Shown here piece after piece: positions 1 through 9,481 of a stretch of 64,000 nucleotides of DNA; position 1 is the first letter of the stretch; the number at the start of each line of letters is the position of its first letter. The position numbers were made by a program, and so were the translations under genes. The stretch is from a virus (lineage: Duplodnaviria > Heunggongvirae > Uroviricota > Caudoviricetes), in the IMG/VR virus record IMGVR_UViG_3300012359_000001, positions 38,417 to 102,416 of that record; one strand, written 5' to 3'. The notes beneath the pieces were generated by a model. The model was not told where the DNA came from, did no database searches, and worked only from the letters and a program-made list of their open reading frames with translations.

Positions 1-1311
1 TGCAAGCAGATCAGGGATCGCCATATGATTTGTACAGACTTGATAGGTTGCCCCTCCATCAATACTTGTCTCTATGATAAGAGGGCTTACAGCAATTGAG
101 GATTGCCCTGAAGAGGGTTGTGTGTATGCGGGAGATGTCCACGAGATGAGCGATGATTTAGCAATACCCGCGCCACTGATGCTATACGCAGATGATACCC
201 GATTGCCAGTGTGATTATAGGCTGTGACTACGCTCACAGACGTACTATAATACCCAAGTGTCGAGATGACAAAGTTCTGTGAAAGGGAAGAAGAGAAGAT
301 AGTGGTACGAGTTGTCCCGCCTGATGTCTTGATAGTTGCAGATCGCACGTAGGCAGTATACGTCCCGCCTGCATCCCCTTCTAGTCCAATGGTCACTTGT
401 CCAATGGTTAGACCCGCTAAATCTTCATTGTTTGTACTGAGTTGGATCACCCGATGCATCCACATATCATTCGCGTAGCCTGCTAGATTTGCTCCTGCAT
501 GTGATATAAAGCCGTATTGATCTCGAAAGTTCCTATCCCTCAAGTTTGATCCATCAGTAAAAATCAGGTCAAGCCCACAAGAAATAGCAGGAGAGGTTGA
601 AGACACAAACACATCGTAGATTAACTGATCGCCTGTGTTGAGGGTGATACCTCCACCGGTACTTATCTGTGCATAGTAGTAGAGGTTGTTCCCAACGCTT
701 GCGGCAGCAGTGCCAACGATCTTGATTGCGCTGGTTGAGGAGAGAATGAGGGTATTGTTGGAGGCTGAAACATTGGTAAGCGTGCCCGTTGTAAAGTTTG
801 CAGTAGTGGTTTCTGTCGTTGTTGCGGTGCTCCCTGCAAGAGAAAGTTCAAGCACCCCACTCGTGGCTGTGAGATTAGTCAGGGTGCCTGCTCCAAAGGT
901 GGCAGCACTGTTATCATGACGTGTTGCATAGTTGGCTGTGACGCCCTCAGCAGCAAGATATTTCGCGTGCAGATCCGTCACCACGTCACCCGCAAGAGTA
1001 CCCGTAAAGTCAGCTTGCAAGCATTGACGTTTTGAGGCAAGATAGGTTTTATCCTTACAGATGATATCCCACATCTTATTCGGTTGCGGGTTGAGAAGTC
1101 TGGGAGCGGCTGAGTCAATGTAGCCTGCAAACTGAAGACCGAGCACGCTATCCGTAATAGTTACCGCCATATTTTGCATGTAGGCAGCCGTACCCGCGTC
1201 ATCACGTACCGTAAACTGTGCAGTAGAACGCTGTGCCTCTTTATCCGATATCTGGATACTATCGACAAAGATAGAAACGTTAGAACCGGCAACGGATACG
1301 GTTATTGCCAT
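1..1311 (-). CDS. Phage tail protein, distal-tail (Dit)-like, N-terminal domain plus long extension. Partial: the C-terminus runs past the window start.
   Basis: Manual reverse translation from ATG at 1309-1311 gives an open frame to position 1 (at least 436 aa). The N-terminus MAITVSVAGSNVSIFVDSIQISDKEAQRSTAQFTVRDD resembles the siphophage tail component N-terminal domain. It lies directly downstream of the tape measure gene in operon order. A GGGGG RBS is present. Confidence 0.5.
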   Translation of the reverse strand, partial: MAITVSVAGSNVSIFVDSIQISDKEAQRSTAQFTVRDDAGTAAYMQNMAVTITDSVLGLQFAGYIDSAAPRLLNPQPNKMWDIICKDKTYLASKRQCLQADFTGTLAGDVVTDLHAKYLAAEGVTANYATRHDNSAATFGAGTLTNLTATSGVLELSLAGSTATTTETTTANFTTGTLTNVSASNNTLILSSTSAIKIVGTAAASVGNNLYYYAQISTGGGITLNTGDQLIYDVFVSSTSPAISCGLDLIFTDGSNLRDRNFRDQYGFISHAGANLAGYANDMWMHRVIQLSTNNEDLAGLTIGQVTIGLEGDAGGTYTAYVRSATIKTSGGTTRTTIFSSSLSQNFVISTLGYYSTSVSVVTAYNHTGNRVSSAYSISGAGIAKSSLISWTSPAYTQPSSGQSSIAVSPLIIETSIDGGATYQVCTNHMAIPDLLA

Positions 1312-1328
1312 ACCAGCACCCCCTGAAC

Positions 1329-1357
1329 TTGCTTTATAGGCGGGTTTGTGGTATAAT
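1329..1357 (+). promoter_or_regulatory. Sigma70-like promoter for the HNH gene: TTGCTT, 17-nt spacer, TGgTATAAT.
   Basis: -35 TTGCTT at 1329-1334. 17-nt spacer. Extended -10 TATAAT at 1352-1357. An AAGGAG RBS sits before the ATG at 1431. Confidence 0.4.
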
Positions 1358-1430
1358 TGAGAGGTGAAATAATTTTGCTCAGCGAGTGCTGATACACCCC
1401 TGAGCGTGATGACAAGGAGTAGACCTTATC

Positions 1431-2126
1431 ATGACTAGAGTATACCACCGTACACTTCCCGATGCGACCTCGAAAATTTGTTCTTTGTGCGGTATTGAAA
1501 GACCTCTTGATGATTTCTCGAAAGACCGGAGACAAGGCCGAGTGTCGAGATGTAAAATATGCAAAGCTGCCCCACGTGTTCAAAGAACATTCTCCTTCGT
1601 AAAAACATGTTATAGATGCAAAGTGGAAAAGTCCCTTGATGAGTTTGCGATCAGCAAAGAAAAGAAGGATGGACGTTGTTCCCTCTGTAAAGCATGTAAG
1701 AATGCAGACTTCCAGCGTACTAAAGAGCAGACGAAAGAAAAACGGGATGCTTATGCTGTTTACTACCATCAAACTCATTACGAGGAAAACCGTGAGAAAG
1801 AAAATGCTAGATGTCGTAAATGGCATAGAAATAATCCAGAATGGGCAATAGAGAATGTTGCCAAACGGCGCGCACGTCTCTTGAATGCGGCTATCATTGA
1901 AAAGATTGACTACAACTTTATCAATGAGCGAGATAATTTCACTTGCCACATTTGCGGTAAGAGTATCGATGAGAAACAAGGTATCCACTATGATCATGTT
2001 ATTCCACTTGTACGTGGGGGATGTCATACCCATAACAATATCAAAATGTCTCACGCAACCTGTAACCTGAGAAAAGGGAAAAAGTTGATGGAAGAGTTGA
2101 CTGAATATAAAAGACGCGGGGTGTAA
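1431..2126 (+). CDS. HNH homing-type endonuclease
   Basis: The C-terminus HYDHVIPLVRGGCHTHNNIKMSHATCNLRKG is an HNH motif. Multiple CxxC pairs occur upstream. It is on the opposite strand to the flanking tail genes. Confidence 0.8.
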   Translation: MTRVYHRTLPDATSKICSLCGIERPLDDFSKDRRQGRVSRCKICKAAPRVQRTFSFVKTCYRCKVEKSLDEFAISKEKKDGRCSLCKACKNADFQRTKEQTKEKRDAYAVYYHQTHYEENREKENARCRKWHRNNPEWAIENVAKRRARLLNAAIIEKIDYNFINERDNFTCHICGKSIDEKQGIHYDHVIPLVRGGCHTHNNIKMSHATCNLRKGKKLMEELTEYKRRGV

Positions 2127-2131
2127 AATTA

Positions 2132-4747
2132 TCATTTGACCACCCCCGTTACAAGCCGTATTTCTTGTGCAAAGTGAGGTCCGAGTGCCTGTGCCAGTTG
2201 CCGACCATCAACCATGAGGTTAATCGTTACACTGCCGTTACCGCTCCCGCCTCCTGATCCGTTGAGGCTTCCCCCGATAGGTGTCAGCAGATGGTTCATG
2301 GAGTCAGAAAGAATGGAAGAGTTATTCATGCCCTCTGCAATCTGCTCAGGGATGAGAGAGCCTTGCTTGACGAGATCACGCAACGGGCCGACCTTTGCAG
2401 GGGAATGAGGTAAGTGCGAGGAGATGAATGCGCCGACATCAGAAATAGCACTTCCCACAGCACCGATAGCCCCACGTATCCCGTTGGCTATGGCGTTGAC
2501 GATATTGGCGCCAGCATTAAGAGCAGCACCAGCCACGCCTCCCAGGATACCTAATACCTGACCAAGTATAGGCGCGAGTGCTCCTGCCGCTCGTCCTGGT
2601 GCCTGTGCGAAAAAGTTGACAACTCCTGTAATGAGTTGTTGCACTTTGGCGGTGGATTGTGCAGCAAGATTGAGAAACACACTTCCGATTGCCGATAGAA
2701 TACCAATGACCGCGCTTACGGCACGCCCTGGCAAGCCTGCAAAGAACTGTACAATGGCATTGATCATATCCGGTACAATCGAATGTCCTACAATCGCGTT
2801 TGCAAGGTTCGTGAAAATGCCCACGATGGTTGTCCAGAAACCTGTTACAAAGCCAACAACCGCGCCAACACCTGCCTGAAACACCCCTTTGATCGTATTC
2901 CAGAAACCTGTGATGACGGTGCCTATCCCATCGAATATCGTGCCTATATCCTGTCCTAACTTAGAAAAGTTGCCAGTCACCAAATCGACAAAGAAGGTGA
3001 TGATACCAGTCACGATTTTTATTGCACCTGAAACAATCTGAACTACCCCCGCGAAGGCAGCAATCAAGCCAGTCAAGAAGCCAGCGAAGCCCTTGATCAG
3101 ACCACCGAGTATGCTGATCAGTAAGATGATTGCAGTAACAACGATCCCCCCGATAATCTTTCCTAGTGTCATCAGCGTAGGCATGAGTGGCTGGATCGCA
3201 ACTACGAGATTGTTCCAGATAGGGATGAGTTGACCGCGAATGGTTGCTACGAGTTGATCCCATACAGGTTTAAAAGTAGACATCAAAAATGTTCCGACTG
3301 ACTGTAGGAAGGGCAAAACATACGTTTGTATCACTATACCGATTTGTTGCATAGCAGGGATGAAGTTTGCCGTGATGATTGCCCAGAGTTGCTGAAATCC
3401 CTTGACGAGATTATCAATAAACGCCTTGAAGGGAGCAGAGGTTGAGTAGAAATGCATGAAAATAGCCACGAGACCCGCAACTGCCGCGCCGATTAATAAG
3501 AAGGGCCACGTGGCAACTACCACCGAGACTGCAAGGGAGGCAAAGGCGGGAACAAGAATTGCCGCCACAATCGCACCGAGACCCGCAAGAATAGGAATGA
3601 TGACTTGTGCGTGTTGATGGAAGAAGAGTAGCACATCGTTGACTGCATGTCCTGAAGAAACCCAATTCGCAAATCCTGAGATTACCGGGGTGATTGCACC
3701 TAATATCCGTCCCAGGACTGGTAAGAGAAGCGTCCCTATTCCGATCTGTAACGCATTGACCGCCTGATGCGCCTGATCCATCTGGAAGTTAAATGTCTTC
3801 TGTACTTCTTCCCACCCAAGTACCGCGCCTGATCCACCCTTCATGGCTGCATTCAACTTTGCAATATTCTGCTCGGTTGTCTTAAGGCTATCACCTGTGA
3901 GCATAGCTGCAAGTTTTAACCCGACCAACCCACCCATGATGTTTTTTAAGGCCGTGACATTTTCAACACTACCAGCAGGAAACTTCTTGCCCACGTGATC
4001 TTCAATCAGTTGTAGGGCTTGTGGGAGTCCCTTATTGACAAGTGTATCTTTGACCTGTTGTGCGGAAAGTCCAACTGCATTCATCGAGTTTACCGCAATG
4101 CCGGAAGGAGATTGGAGCGCAACGAGTACGTGTGCAAGGTTCGTTGCTGCAATGTTACTACTCATACCCGCATTGGTCATCGTATCAATGGCACCGGCAA
4201 CTTGAGGGAAGGAGATACCCATAGCGCTAGCAATAGGTAGTACACGACCCATTGAAGCACTCAACTCCTGCAAGGTCGTTTTGCCATTCTGAACCGTCAC
4301 AATAAGTCCGTTCATGGCGTTACTTGCTTGACTAACAGGCATGTGGTATGCGGTCATCGTGGTCGTAAGTGCCCTGGCAACCACATCAAGATCGGCATTT
4401 TCAGACTTTGCCCCCTTTGCAGCAACACTCAAGACGCTGAGAGCTGCCGCGCCATGATTGCCAGCACTCTCCACAAAGTACATGCCCTTTGCCAGTTGCT
4501 CAGTGGAGGTACCTGTTTCTACACTCATCTTGAGAATGCCAGCACTGACCATTGCTATATTCTTACCTAGTTCGCCTGCACTTGTCTGAAGACGTGTCAT
4601 CGACGCCTGAAAGTCCCCTGCCTTCTTGACCGACTCGCCGATAGCCATACCGACACCCGCAATACCTGCAACCACAAGCGCCGCGCCTGATGAAAAGCCG
4701 CTTACTTCAGCTCCAAAATGAACCATCACGGACCCCAACAAGGGCAT
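2132..4747 (-). CDS. Tail tape measure protein
   Basis: 871 aa, Gly/Ala-rich with long hydrophobic stretches. The N-terminal region resembles the TP901-type tape measure core. It sits between the chaperone and distal tail genes. Confidence 0.85.
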   Translation of the reverse strand: MPLLGSVMVHFGAEVSGFSSGAALVVAGIAGVGMAIGESVKKAGDFQASMTRLQTSAGELGKNIAMVSAGILKMSVETGTSTEQLAKGMYFVESAGNHGAAALSVLSVAAKGAKSENADLDVVARALTTTMTAYHMPVSQASNAMNGLIVTVQNGKTTLQELSASMGRVLPIASAMGISFPQVAGAIDTMTNAGMSSNIAATNLAHVLVALQSPSGIAVNSMNAVGLSAQQVKDTLVNKGLPQALQLIEDHVGKKFPAGSVENVTALKNIMGGLVGLKLAAMLTGDSLKTTEQNIAKLNAAMKGGSGAVLGWEEVQKTFNFQMDQAHQAVNALQIGIGTLLLPVLGRILGAITPVISGFANWVSSGHAVNDVLLFFHQHAQVIIPILAGLGAIVAAILVPAFASLAVSVVVATWPFLLIGAAVAGLVAIFMHFYSTSAPFKAFIDNLVKGFQQLWAIITANFIPAMQQIGIVIQTYVLPFLQSVGTFLMSTFKPVWDQLVATIRGQLIPIWNNLVVAIQPLMPTLMTLGKIIGGIVVTAIILLISILGGLIKGFAGFLTGLIAAFAGVVQIVSGAIKIVTGIITFFVDLVTGNFSKLGQDIGTIFDGIGTVITGFWNTIKGVFQAGVGAVVGFVTGFWTTIVGIFTNLANAIVGHSIVPDMINAIVQFFAGLPGRAVSAVIGILSAIGSVFLNLAAQSTAKVQQLITGVVNFFAQAPGRAAGALAPILGQVLGILGGVAGAALNAGANIVNAIANGIRGAIGAVGSAISDVGAFISSHLPHSPAKVGPLRDLVKQGSLIPEQIAEGMNNSSILSDSMNHLLTPIGGSLNGSGGGSGNGSVTINLMVDGRQLAQALGPHFAQEIRLVTGVVK

Positions 4748-4828
4748 AAGCGGCTTTACCTTTCTTTAGTACAATACCTTATCCTAAGTGTATTTAAGTG
4801 TAAATCTCAACCAAAGCTAGTTTCCCAC

Positions 4829-4993
4829 CTACGTCTTTTGTGCGTCTTTGATGCGTCGGGCTTTTATCTCAAAGTAGGCTTTCCACTCAAGGACTTTGCT
4901 TGCGGGTATCTGTGCTAGCATCAAATCGGGATCGATGTAGCCGAGCCGTTCCGCGATGTAGTAAGCGTCGAATCGATCACCGTTCCCCTCAAG
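4829..4993 (-). other. Predicted programmed -1 ribosomal frameshift site and GT-like C-terminal extension
   Basis: The minus strand reads GAA GAC GAA AAA AAA GAC (A8 run, plus-strand T8 at 4986-4993). A -1 shift opens a 53-codon extension, ...AYYIAERLGYIDPDLMLAQIPASKVLEWKAYFEIKARRIKDAQKT, ending at TAG (4829-4831). Confidence 0.55.
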
Positions 4994-5514
4994 TCTTTTT
5001 TTTCGTCTTCTAAATCTTCCTTGTTGAAGCCGTTCAGGGCCATAGCCGGTTCCGCTACCAGTTCAAGGACTTCCCCTGGCATGGCTTTATTCATGGCGTC
5101 ACGGTCAAGCGGTTGAAAGACTAACTCGCCTGCATGTGGATGGTCATAGGTGTAGGGATGTGTGAGCGCCTGTTTGTCTCGGTTGTACTGTGCCAGTGAC
5201 TTGTCATACTTTGCCTGATCACGTTCAGAAAAGTTGTCAGGGATAGGATCAGGCTTGATAGGCTGCTCAGGAGGACAATCAGGATCAGGGTAGTGCAGTG
5301 AGCGTACGAACAGTTCTGCATACATCACTTTGATGTCTACACGTCCCGTTTTCTGATTGATACTATTGTTGAGTACTTCCCCCTTTTCATCTCCCATCAA
5401 TTCCCTGATGGTAAACCACCCGCCCAACCGTTCAAGGTATACGGCTTGTTGCTTGACTTTGACCTGTCGATTAAGCACATACTCACGAACATCAATAAAA
5501 TCTGACATACACAC
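4921..5514 (-). CDS. Tail assembly chaperone (G-like product)
   Basis: 197-aa ORF directly upstream of the tape measure gene. It contains an A8 slippery run (see the frameshift feature). Confidence 0.6.
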   Translation of the reverse strand: MCMSDFIDVREYVLNRQVKVKQQAVYLERLGGWFTIRELMGDEKGEVLNNSINQKTGRVDIKVMYAELFVRSLHYPDPDCPPEQPIKPDPIPDNFSERDQAKYDKSLAQYNRDKQALTHPYTYDHPHAGELVFQPLDRDAMNKAMPGEVLELVAEPAMALNGFNKEDLEDEKKDLRGTVIDSTLTTSRNGSATSIPI

Positions 5515-5520
5515 TCATTT

Positions 5521-6174
5521 CTAGACCGCATAAAAGGGGCCGGTAATCTGGAACTCTAAATCTTCCGTCACCACTTTATCAATTGCTGATTTAATGCTCA
5601 TTTTGCTATCGAAGATATAGCCCTCTAGTCTGTTGCCAGCAGGAGTCACACACGATGCAACAAGAGGCGTGCCAGCCGTGACGTAGGAGAACACTGTCCA
5701 GGTTAACTCATCTACCCACCAATTTTTTAGTTTCATACTGCCCTTCATCACGGTTGGAGTGAACACTCTAGCGCGTGATCCTCCAATGCCTGTGAGAGCA
5801 GTCGTATCTTCAAGTTGCCACTCACCATCAAAGTCCCACTCCGCTACGTTGGCAAGGGTCGTATAGGGCAAATACTTTCCTACTGTAATGCGTGCTGAAG
5901 GGGTTGCACCAGTTACAGCAGCAGGGAAGGTTACTTTGCCTCCCACGTATTGTACTGAGAGCGGTATGACTGTACCCCAGGAAGTTGACCCATCAGGTGA
6001 GGTTTGAAACGTCATGGCTGTACTGGAGTCCCAATAGCGATAGGCGGCATTGGCACTACTCACCAGAAACGTGGTGTGATCCCCGCTATCCTGTAAGGGA
6101 AAGTTTGCAGAGAGCGAGACCGCCGGTATTGATGTGATAAGCAAACTAGAATTAATTGCCGCTGTAGCGCCCAT
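5521..6174 (-). CDS. Major tail (tube) protein, paralog 2
   Basis: 217 aa. The C-terminus MSIKSAIDKVVTEDLEFQITGP is shared with the adjacent 132-aa protein. It occupies the usual major tail protein position upstream of the chaperone. Confidence 0.55.
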   Translation of the reverse strand: MGATAAINSSLLITSIPAVSLSANFPLQDSGDHTTFLVSSANAAYRYWDSSTAMTFQTSPDGSTSWGTVIPLSVQYVGGKVTFPAAVTGATPSARITVGKYLPYTTLANVAEWDFDGEWQLEDTTALTGIGGSRARVFTPTVMKGSMKLKNWWVDELTWTVFSYVTAGTPLVASCVTPAGNRLEGYIFDSKMSIKSAIDKVVTEDLEFQITGPFYAV

Positions 6175-6192
6175 ACTATCACCTCTTGCTGT

Positions 6193-6591
6193 TTATGCCG
6201 CGCTTATGGTTGACGTAGGCTGAAGCTCGATATCATCGGCTATTGCCTTATCAACGGCAGCCTTAATACTCATCTTTGCGACGTAGCAGGTCATGCTATA
6301 CGTCGTGTTCGTCGCACCATTAGCAGGACTAAACGTCATGGTAAGCAAGGTAGGAGGTGAGGCAAAGAACGCATTCTGAATGGCTAGTTGACCATTGGTA
6401 TCAGTCATGTCATAAAATACTTTTGCCTTGATGCTTCCCTTGTACAGCGTAGGCAAATACTGACGCCCTCGCTGTCCCATGACAGACACTTCTTCCATCT
6501 GGTTCTCAAAGTCAGCATCCACCTCCTGTACCTGTGCGACGGTCGCGCTAGATACTTTTAATAGTGCCTGATATGCAGCTATTGCACCCAT
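6193..6591 (-). CDS. Major tail (tube) protein, paralog 1
   Basis: 132 aa. The C-terminus MSIKAAVDKAIADDIELQPTS is paralogous to 5521-6174. Confidence 0.5.
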   Translation of the reverse strand: MGAIAAYQALLKVSSATVAQVQEVDADFENQMEEVSVMGQRGRQYLPTLYKGSIKAKVFYDMTDTNGQLAIQNAFFASPPTLLTMTFSPANGATNTTYSMTCYVAKMSIKAAVDKAIADDIELQPTSTISAA

Positions 6592-6606
6592 AACACGTCA
6601 TTCTCC

Positions 6607-7047
6607 TTATAGGTTTTCTTGCGAAAATAGATGGTAACGCGCTACGAGATGCTGAGAAATACCATCGGGGTCTTGTACAAAGTTGGCAGTATCAAACCAC
6701 GTCCCTACATGCACTTGGGCAGACAACACCAACGATTGACGATGTAACAGGCGTGTCAAGCTTCCCAGGATACTTTGCAGTTGCTTAAAGCCCCTGGTTT
6801 GTGACCATCCATGCAAGGTGTAGATACCATCGTAGCCACGCGCATTCACGGTTCCCATACAGTCCATCGGGCTTTCATAGGTTTCTCCTATGGTCACGAA
6901 AGGGAAGATTTGTGGCTGTGGAACAGACGACGCATCAAAGACGCCTTTGAGGATTGCCATCAGTGTTGCATCACCCGTCAGGCGTGTGTAAAATGCCGTT
7001 TGCACGGTTCCTGTCGCTGTCCCTATCGCGGTCATATCGCGTGACAC
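6607..7047 (-). CDS. Tail terminator / tail completion protein (DUF3168-like)
   Basis: 146 aa. Sits between the gp10-like and tail tube genes. Sequence is of the general tail terminator type. Confidence 0.4.
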   Translation of the reverse strand: MSRDMTAIGTATGTVQTAFYTRLTGDATLMAILKGVFDASSVPQPQIFPFVTIGETYESPMDCMGTVNARGYDGIYTLHGWSQTRGFKQLQSILGSLTRLLHRQSLVLSAQVHVGTWFDTANFVQDPDGISQHLVARYHLFSQENL

Positions 7048-7364
7048 TCCTCAATCAGTGTTTGGCTTGCGTCAAGAAAGGCCGGGTAAAGCGTTGGTTG
7101 AGCCGCCATATGAATCGTTCCCAACTCCACAAAAAGTGAATGCAGCACATCATTGATCGTCGAGCTGGACAATGGTCCATTATTGATTGCTTCAAATCCA
7201 TCTCGCATTTCTCCTGTATCTACTGGACAGATAGCTTGCGCGTATTCTTGGCAGTTGACTGCCGCTCGTTGTACCGCATCATCAATACGTTCGTGTGCAA
7301 GTTCCTGGGTGCGTGCAAGATTGGTAAGTGCTTCAGAGATCCCCGTTGCGCCGATACTCAGCAT
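7032..7364 (-). CDS. HK97 gp10-family head-tail assembly protein
   Basis: The PVDTGEMRDG motif is typical of the HK97 gp10 family. 110 aa. Confidence 0.55.
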   Translation of the reverse strand: MLSIGATGISEALTNLARTQELAHERIDDAVQRAAVNCQEYAQAICPVDTGEMRDGFEAINNGPLSSSTINDVLHSLFVELGTIHMAAQPTLYPAFLDASQTLIEECHAI

Positions 7365-7567
7365 TATCCATCACACTCCTCTACTCGTCGTTTGTAGTCA
7401 GAGGGGCCAGGACGTTTGACAGGAATATTCCCTTGCTGTCGTAATTCCTTGAGCAAAGACTGTTCCAGTTCGTCTCGTACCACTTCGCGGATATACGCCT
7501 CCACCCGTTGCTGTAAGGGACCACCGGTAAGTGCAACCTCGATCGGGACAATAATCTTCTCTGCCAT
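7364..7567 (-). CDS. Hypothetical small protein
   Basis: 67-aa ORF with stops and starts abutting its neighbours. Confidence 0.3.
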   Translation of the reverse strand: MAEKIIVPIEVALTGGPLQQRVEAYIREVVRDELEQSLLKELRQQGNIPVKRPGPSDYKRRVEECDG

Positions 7568-7578
7568 GCCCTTGCCTC

Positions 7579-8001
7579 CTAACTGAGTGTTCCACTTGCC
7601 TGTAACTGCTCACACACCATCTCGATATTCGTCAACGCTTCCTCAATAATATCTACAGAGCGAATGTTGTAGATATGATTTTTGTGCAATATTCTCATGG
7701 TATCGGTAATATCGAGATCTGACCGATAGCGAATAAGTACCCGTTTCCAGAATACTGGATAGACCTGTCCAGCCTGCCACGACTCAATCCCTTTCCACGA
7801 TTTGATCTTTGCCCATGTACTTATGACTGTTACCCATATTCGTGTAACCCCTCCCTGGCTATCACTCACATCTTGCGGTGTCTGGATAGTTATTCGCTTG
7901 TTGTATGCACCTGATCCCGTTGTTGCTCTCGTATTCGTAAGAATCGCATCAGGCATCGGCATACTCCACTCTTGCAGGGATGCTGCACTCAATGGCGGCA
8001 A
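7579..8001 (-). CDS. Head closure / head-tail adaptor protein
   Basis: 140 aa. The C-terminal pattern ...IYNIRSVDIIEEALTNIEMVCEQ matches the head-tail joining family. Confidence 0.5.
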   Translation of the reverse strand: MPPLSAASLQEWSMPMPDAILTNTRATTGSGAYNKRITIQTPQDVSDSQGGVTRIWVTVISTWAKIKSWKGIESWQAGQVYPVFWKRVLIRYRSDLDITDTMRILHKNHIYNIRSVDIIEEALTNIEMVCEQLQASGTLS

Positions 8002-8233
8002 TGTCTACACGTTCGGTATGCCCCTGCTTCCTGAGTGTCTTGGGAGGGACATAGAGGTGTAGTCGTGCCTTATTTTCCTTATTGTGTACAGCAATGTCGA
8101 TTTCAACTCGCGTCACATTGACAATCTCTTCTCCTGTATCTACATCGTAGACATGCACTGACCAGGGTTCAAGATGCGCCCCCGCCTCAATCCTGATCCG
8201 CTTACCTACTAAGTTGTCATGTGTGCCTATCAT
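7949..8233 (-). CDS. Hypothetical small protein, member of a three-copy family (RIRIE...DVDTGEEI...VEIDI)
   Basis: KRIRIEAG...VYDVDTGEEIVNVTRVEIDIAV is shared with ORFs 19982-20281 and 20515-20859. Confidence 0.35.
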   Translation of the reverse strand: MIGTHDNLVGKRIRIEAGAHLEPWSVHVYDVDTGEEIVNVTRVEIDIAVHNKENKARLHLYVPPKTLRKQGHTERVDIAAIECSIPARVEYADA

Positions 8234-8278
8234 CGTATCCTCGCTTAGATGCTTGCTACTTTCAAGATACTCTCCTAC

Positions 8279-8929
8279 TCAAATCCAATCCACCCGATGA
8301 CTCAGCAACTTTGCTTCAATCTCTTGCATCTGTGCAGGATTGCCCCCGCCTTCACGAAATTGATAGTAGTAGGAAACTAACTCGTACACGGCTTGAAGTG
8401 CATCAGGTGCGGCTTGATAGGAATACACAGGATCGTAGCCTGCATAATATTGAAACATCCAGAAATTGCTCGTAACCGGATCTTGCACGAACAGGCGTGC
8501 AGGTTCTTGCGTATCATCAATCCAGGTCGGTCCTGTAAACACAGTCCAATCCTCAAAGGCAGTTACTTTGGTTTGAATGACTATGGGTCGTGATGCCTGC
8601 ACAGGTGGCATACTCAGGTCATAGTAGTATTGAGCGACACCGAACGGGTTCGCCCCTAACTGTTCCTGGAACTGGTACCAATTTACTCCCCCTACAATTG
8701 GTCCTGACAAGGTACCGCCTGTTGGACGTTCAATAGTGACGACTTGCTGTATCTGTTGTGAGGCAAAGGCACGATGGGTAAGCGTCTCAGCACGCGCACG
8801 CGCACGTACAATCATCCTGGCAATCACTGCATCATCGTCAGGAAAATCGACACGTAGGTATGCTTTGGCATCAGTCAAGCTAATAGGCTCTATTGATGGT
8901 TGAGTGATCACCTTGCATGCGCTACTCAT
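8279..8929 (-). CDS. Head-tail connector (gp6-like)
   Basis: N-terminus EPISLTDAKAYLRVDFPDDDAVIARMIVRARARAETLTHRAF matches the gp6-like connector family pattern. Confidence 0.6.
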   Translation of the reverse strand: MSSACKVITQPSIEPISLTDAKAYLRVDFPDDDAVIARMIVRARARAETLTHRAFASQQIQQVVTIERPTGGTLSGPIVGGVNWYQFQEQLGANPFGVAQYYYDLSMPPVQASRPIVIQTKVTAFEDWTVFTGPTWIDDTQEPARLFVQDPVTSNFWMFQYYAGYDPVYSYQAAPDALQAVYELVSYYYQFREGGGNPAQMQEIEAKLLSHRVDWI

Positions 8930-9155
8930 CTACCGCCTTGATCTCGACATTGAACTTCTGTCCAAGTTGAGCGTCATGAAACACTTTTGCAGCAGCAGGG
9001 TTGACAATGAGCAATTCAAGTGTTCCATTCGGGGTTGCAGGTCCGAATGGTTCGCCCTGCACTGGTACAAACTTGAAATTTGTTGCTTCTCCTGATGGGT
9101 GATACATGATACGCTTTGCCTCTACAAGATGGAATTGCGCGAGAACACTACTCAT
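8922..9155 (-). CDS. Hypothetical protein
   Basis: 77-aa ORF in the head module. Confidence 0.3.
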   Translation of the reverse strand: MSSVLAQFHLVEAKRIMYHPSGEATNFKFVPVQGEPFGPATPNGTLELLIVNPAAAKVFHDAQLGQKFNVEIKAVDE

Positions 9156-9459
9156 GTTGTGTGAATACCTCCAATGTGTCTACATGCACCTGATAGCGAC
9201 CACGCTGTACCTCAATCCCTGCACACTCTACTTTTCGGTAGGACGGGTCGTCAGGATGTATTTGAACGCTATAGCGCGGTGTGATTTCTGATGGGTAGAA
9301 CTCTTCAGCGACAGGCGGGAACTCAGCAGCATCAAGCAGTAAGAGCAACGTATCCCCAAAGTCCCGTTCTTGCTGTACCGCCAGTACCTTGCAATCATCA
9401 GGCATCAGTAACATCCCCGCTAATACTTTGAGACTAATCCTGAGTAACGCCTGTCCCAT
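9148..9459 (-). CDS. Hypothetical protein
   Basis: 103-aa ORF in the head module. Confidence 0.3.
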   Translation of the reverse strand: MGQALLRISLKVLAGMLLMPDDCKVLAVQQERDFGDTLLLLLDAAEFPPVAEEFYPSEITPRYSVQIHPDDPSYRKVECAGIEVQRGRYQVHVDTLEVFTQHE

Positions 9460-9481
9460 GTACGTAGTACCCCTTTTACGC

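Noticed and set aside
1302-2135. 277-aa minus-strand ORF
   Set aside because: It is entirely antisense to the HNH gene, which has a clear HNH motif, promoter and RBS. Its product is low-complexity with no start context.
2214-4570. Several plus-strand ORFs (64-100 aa) inside the tape measure gene
   Set aside because: They are antisense to a long, well-supported tape measure ORF and are typical GC-frame artefacts.
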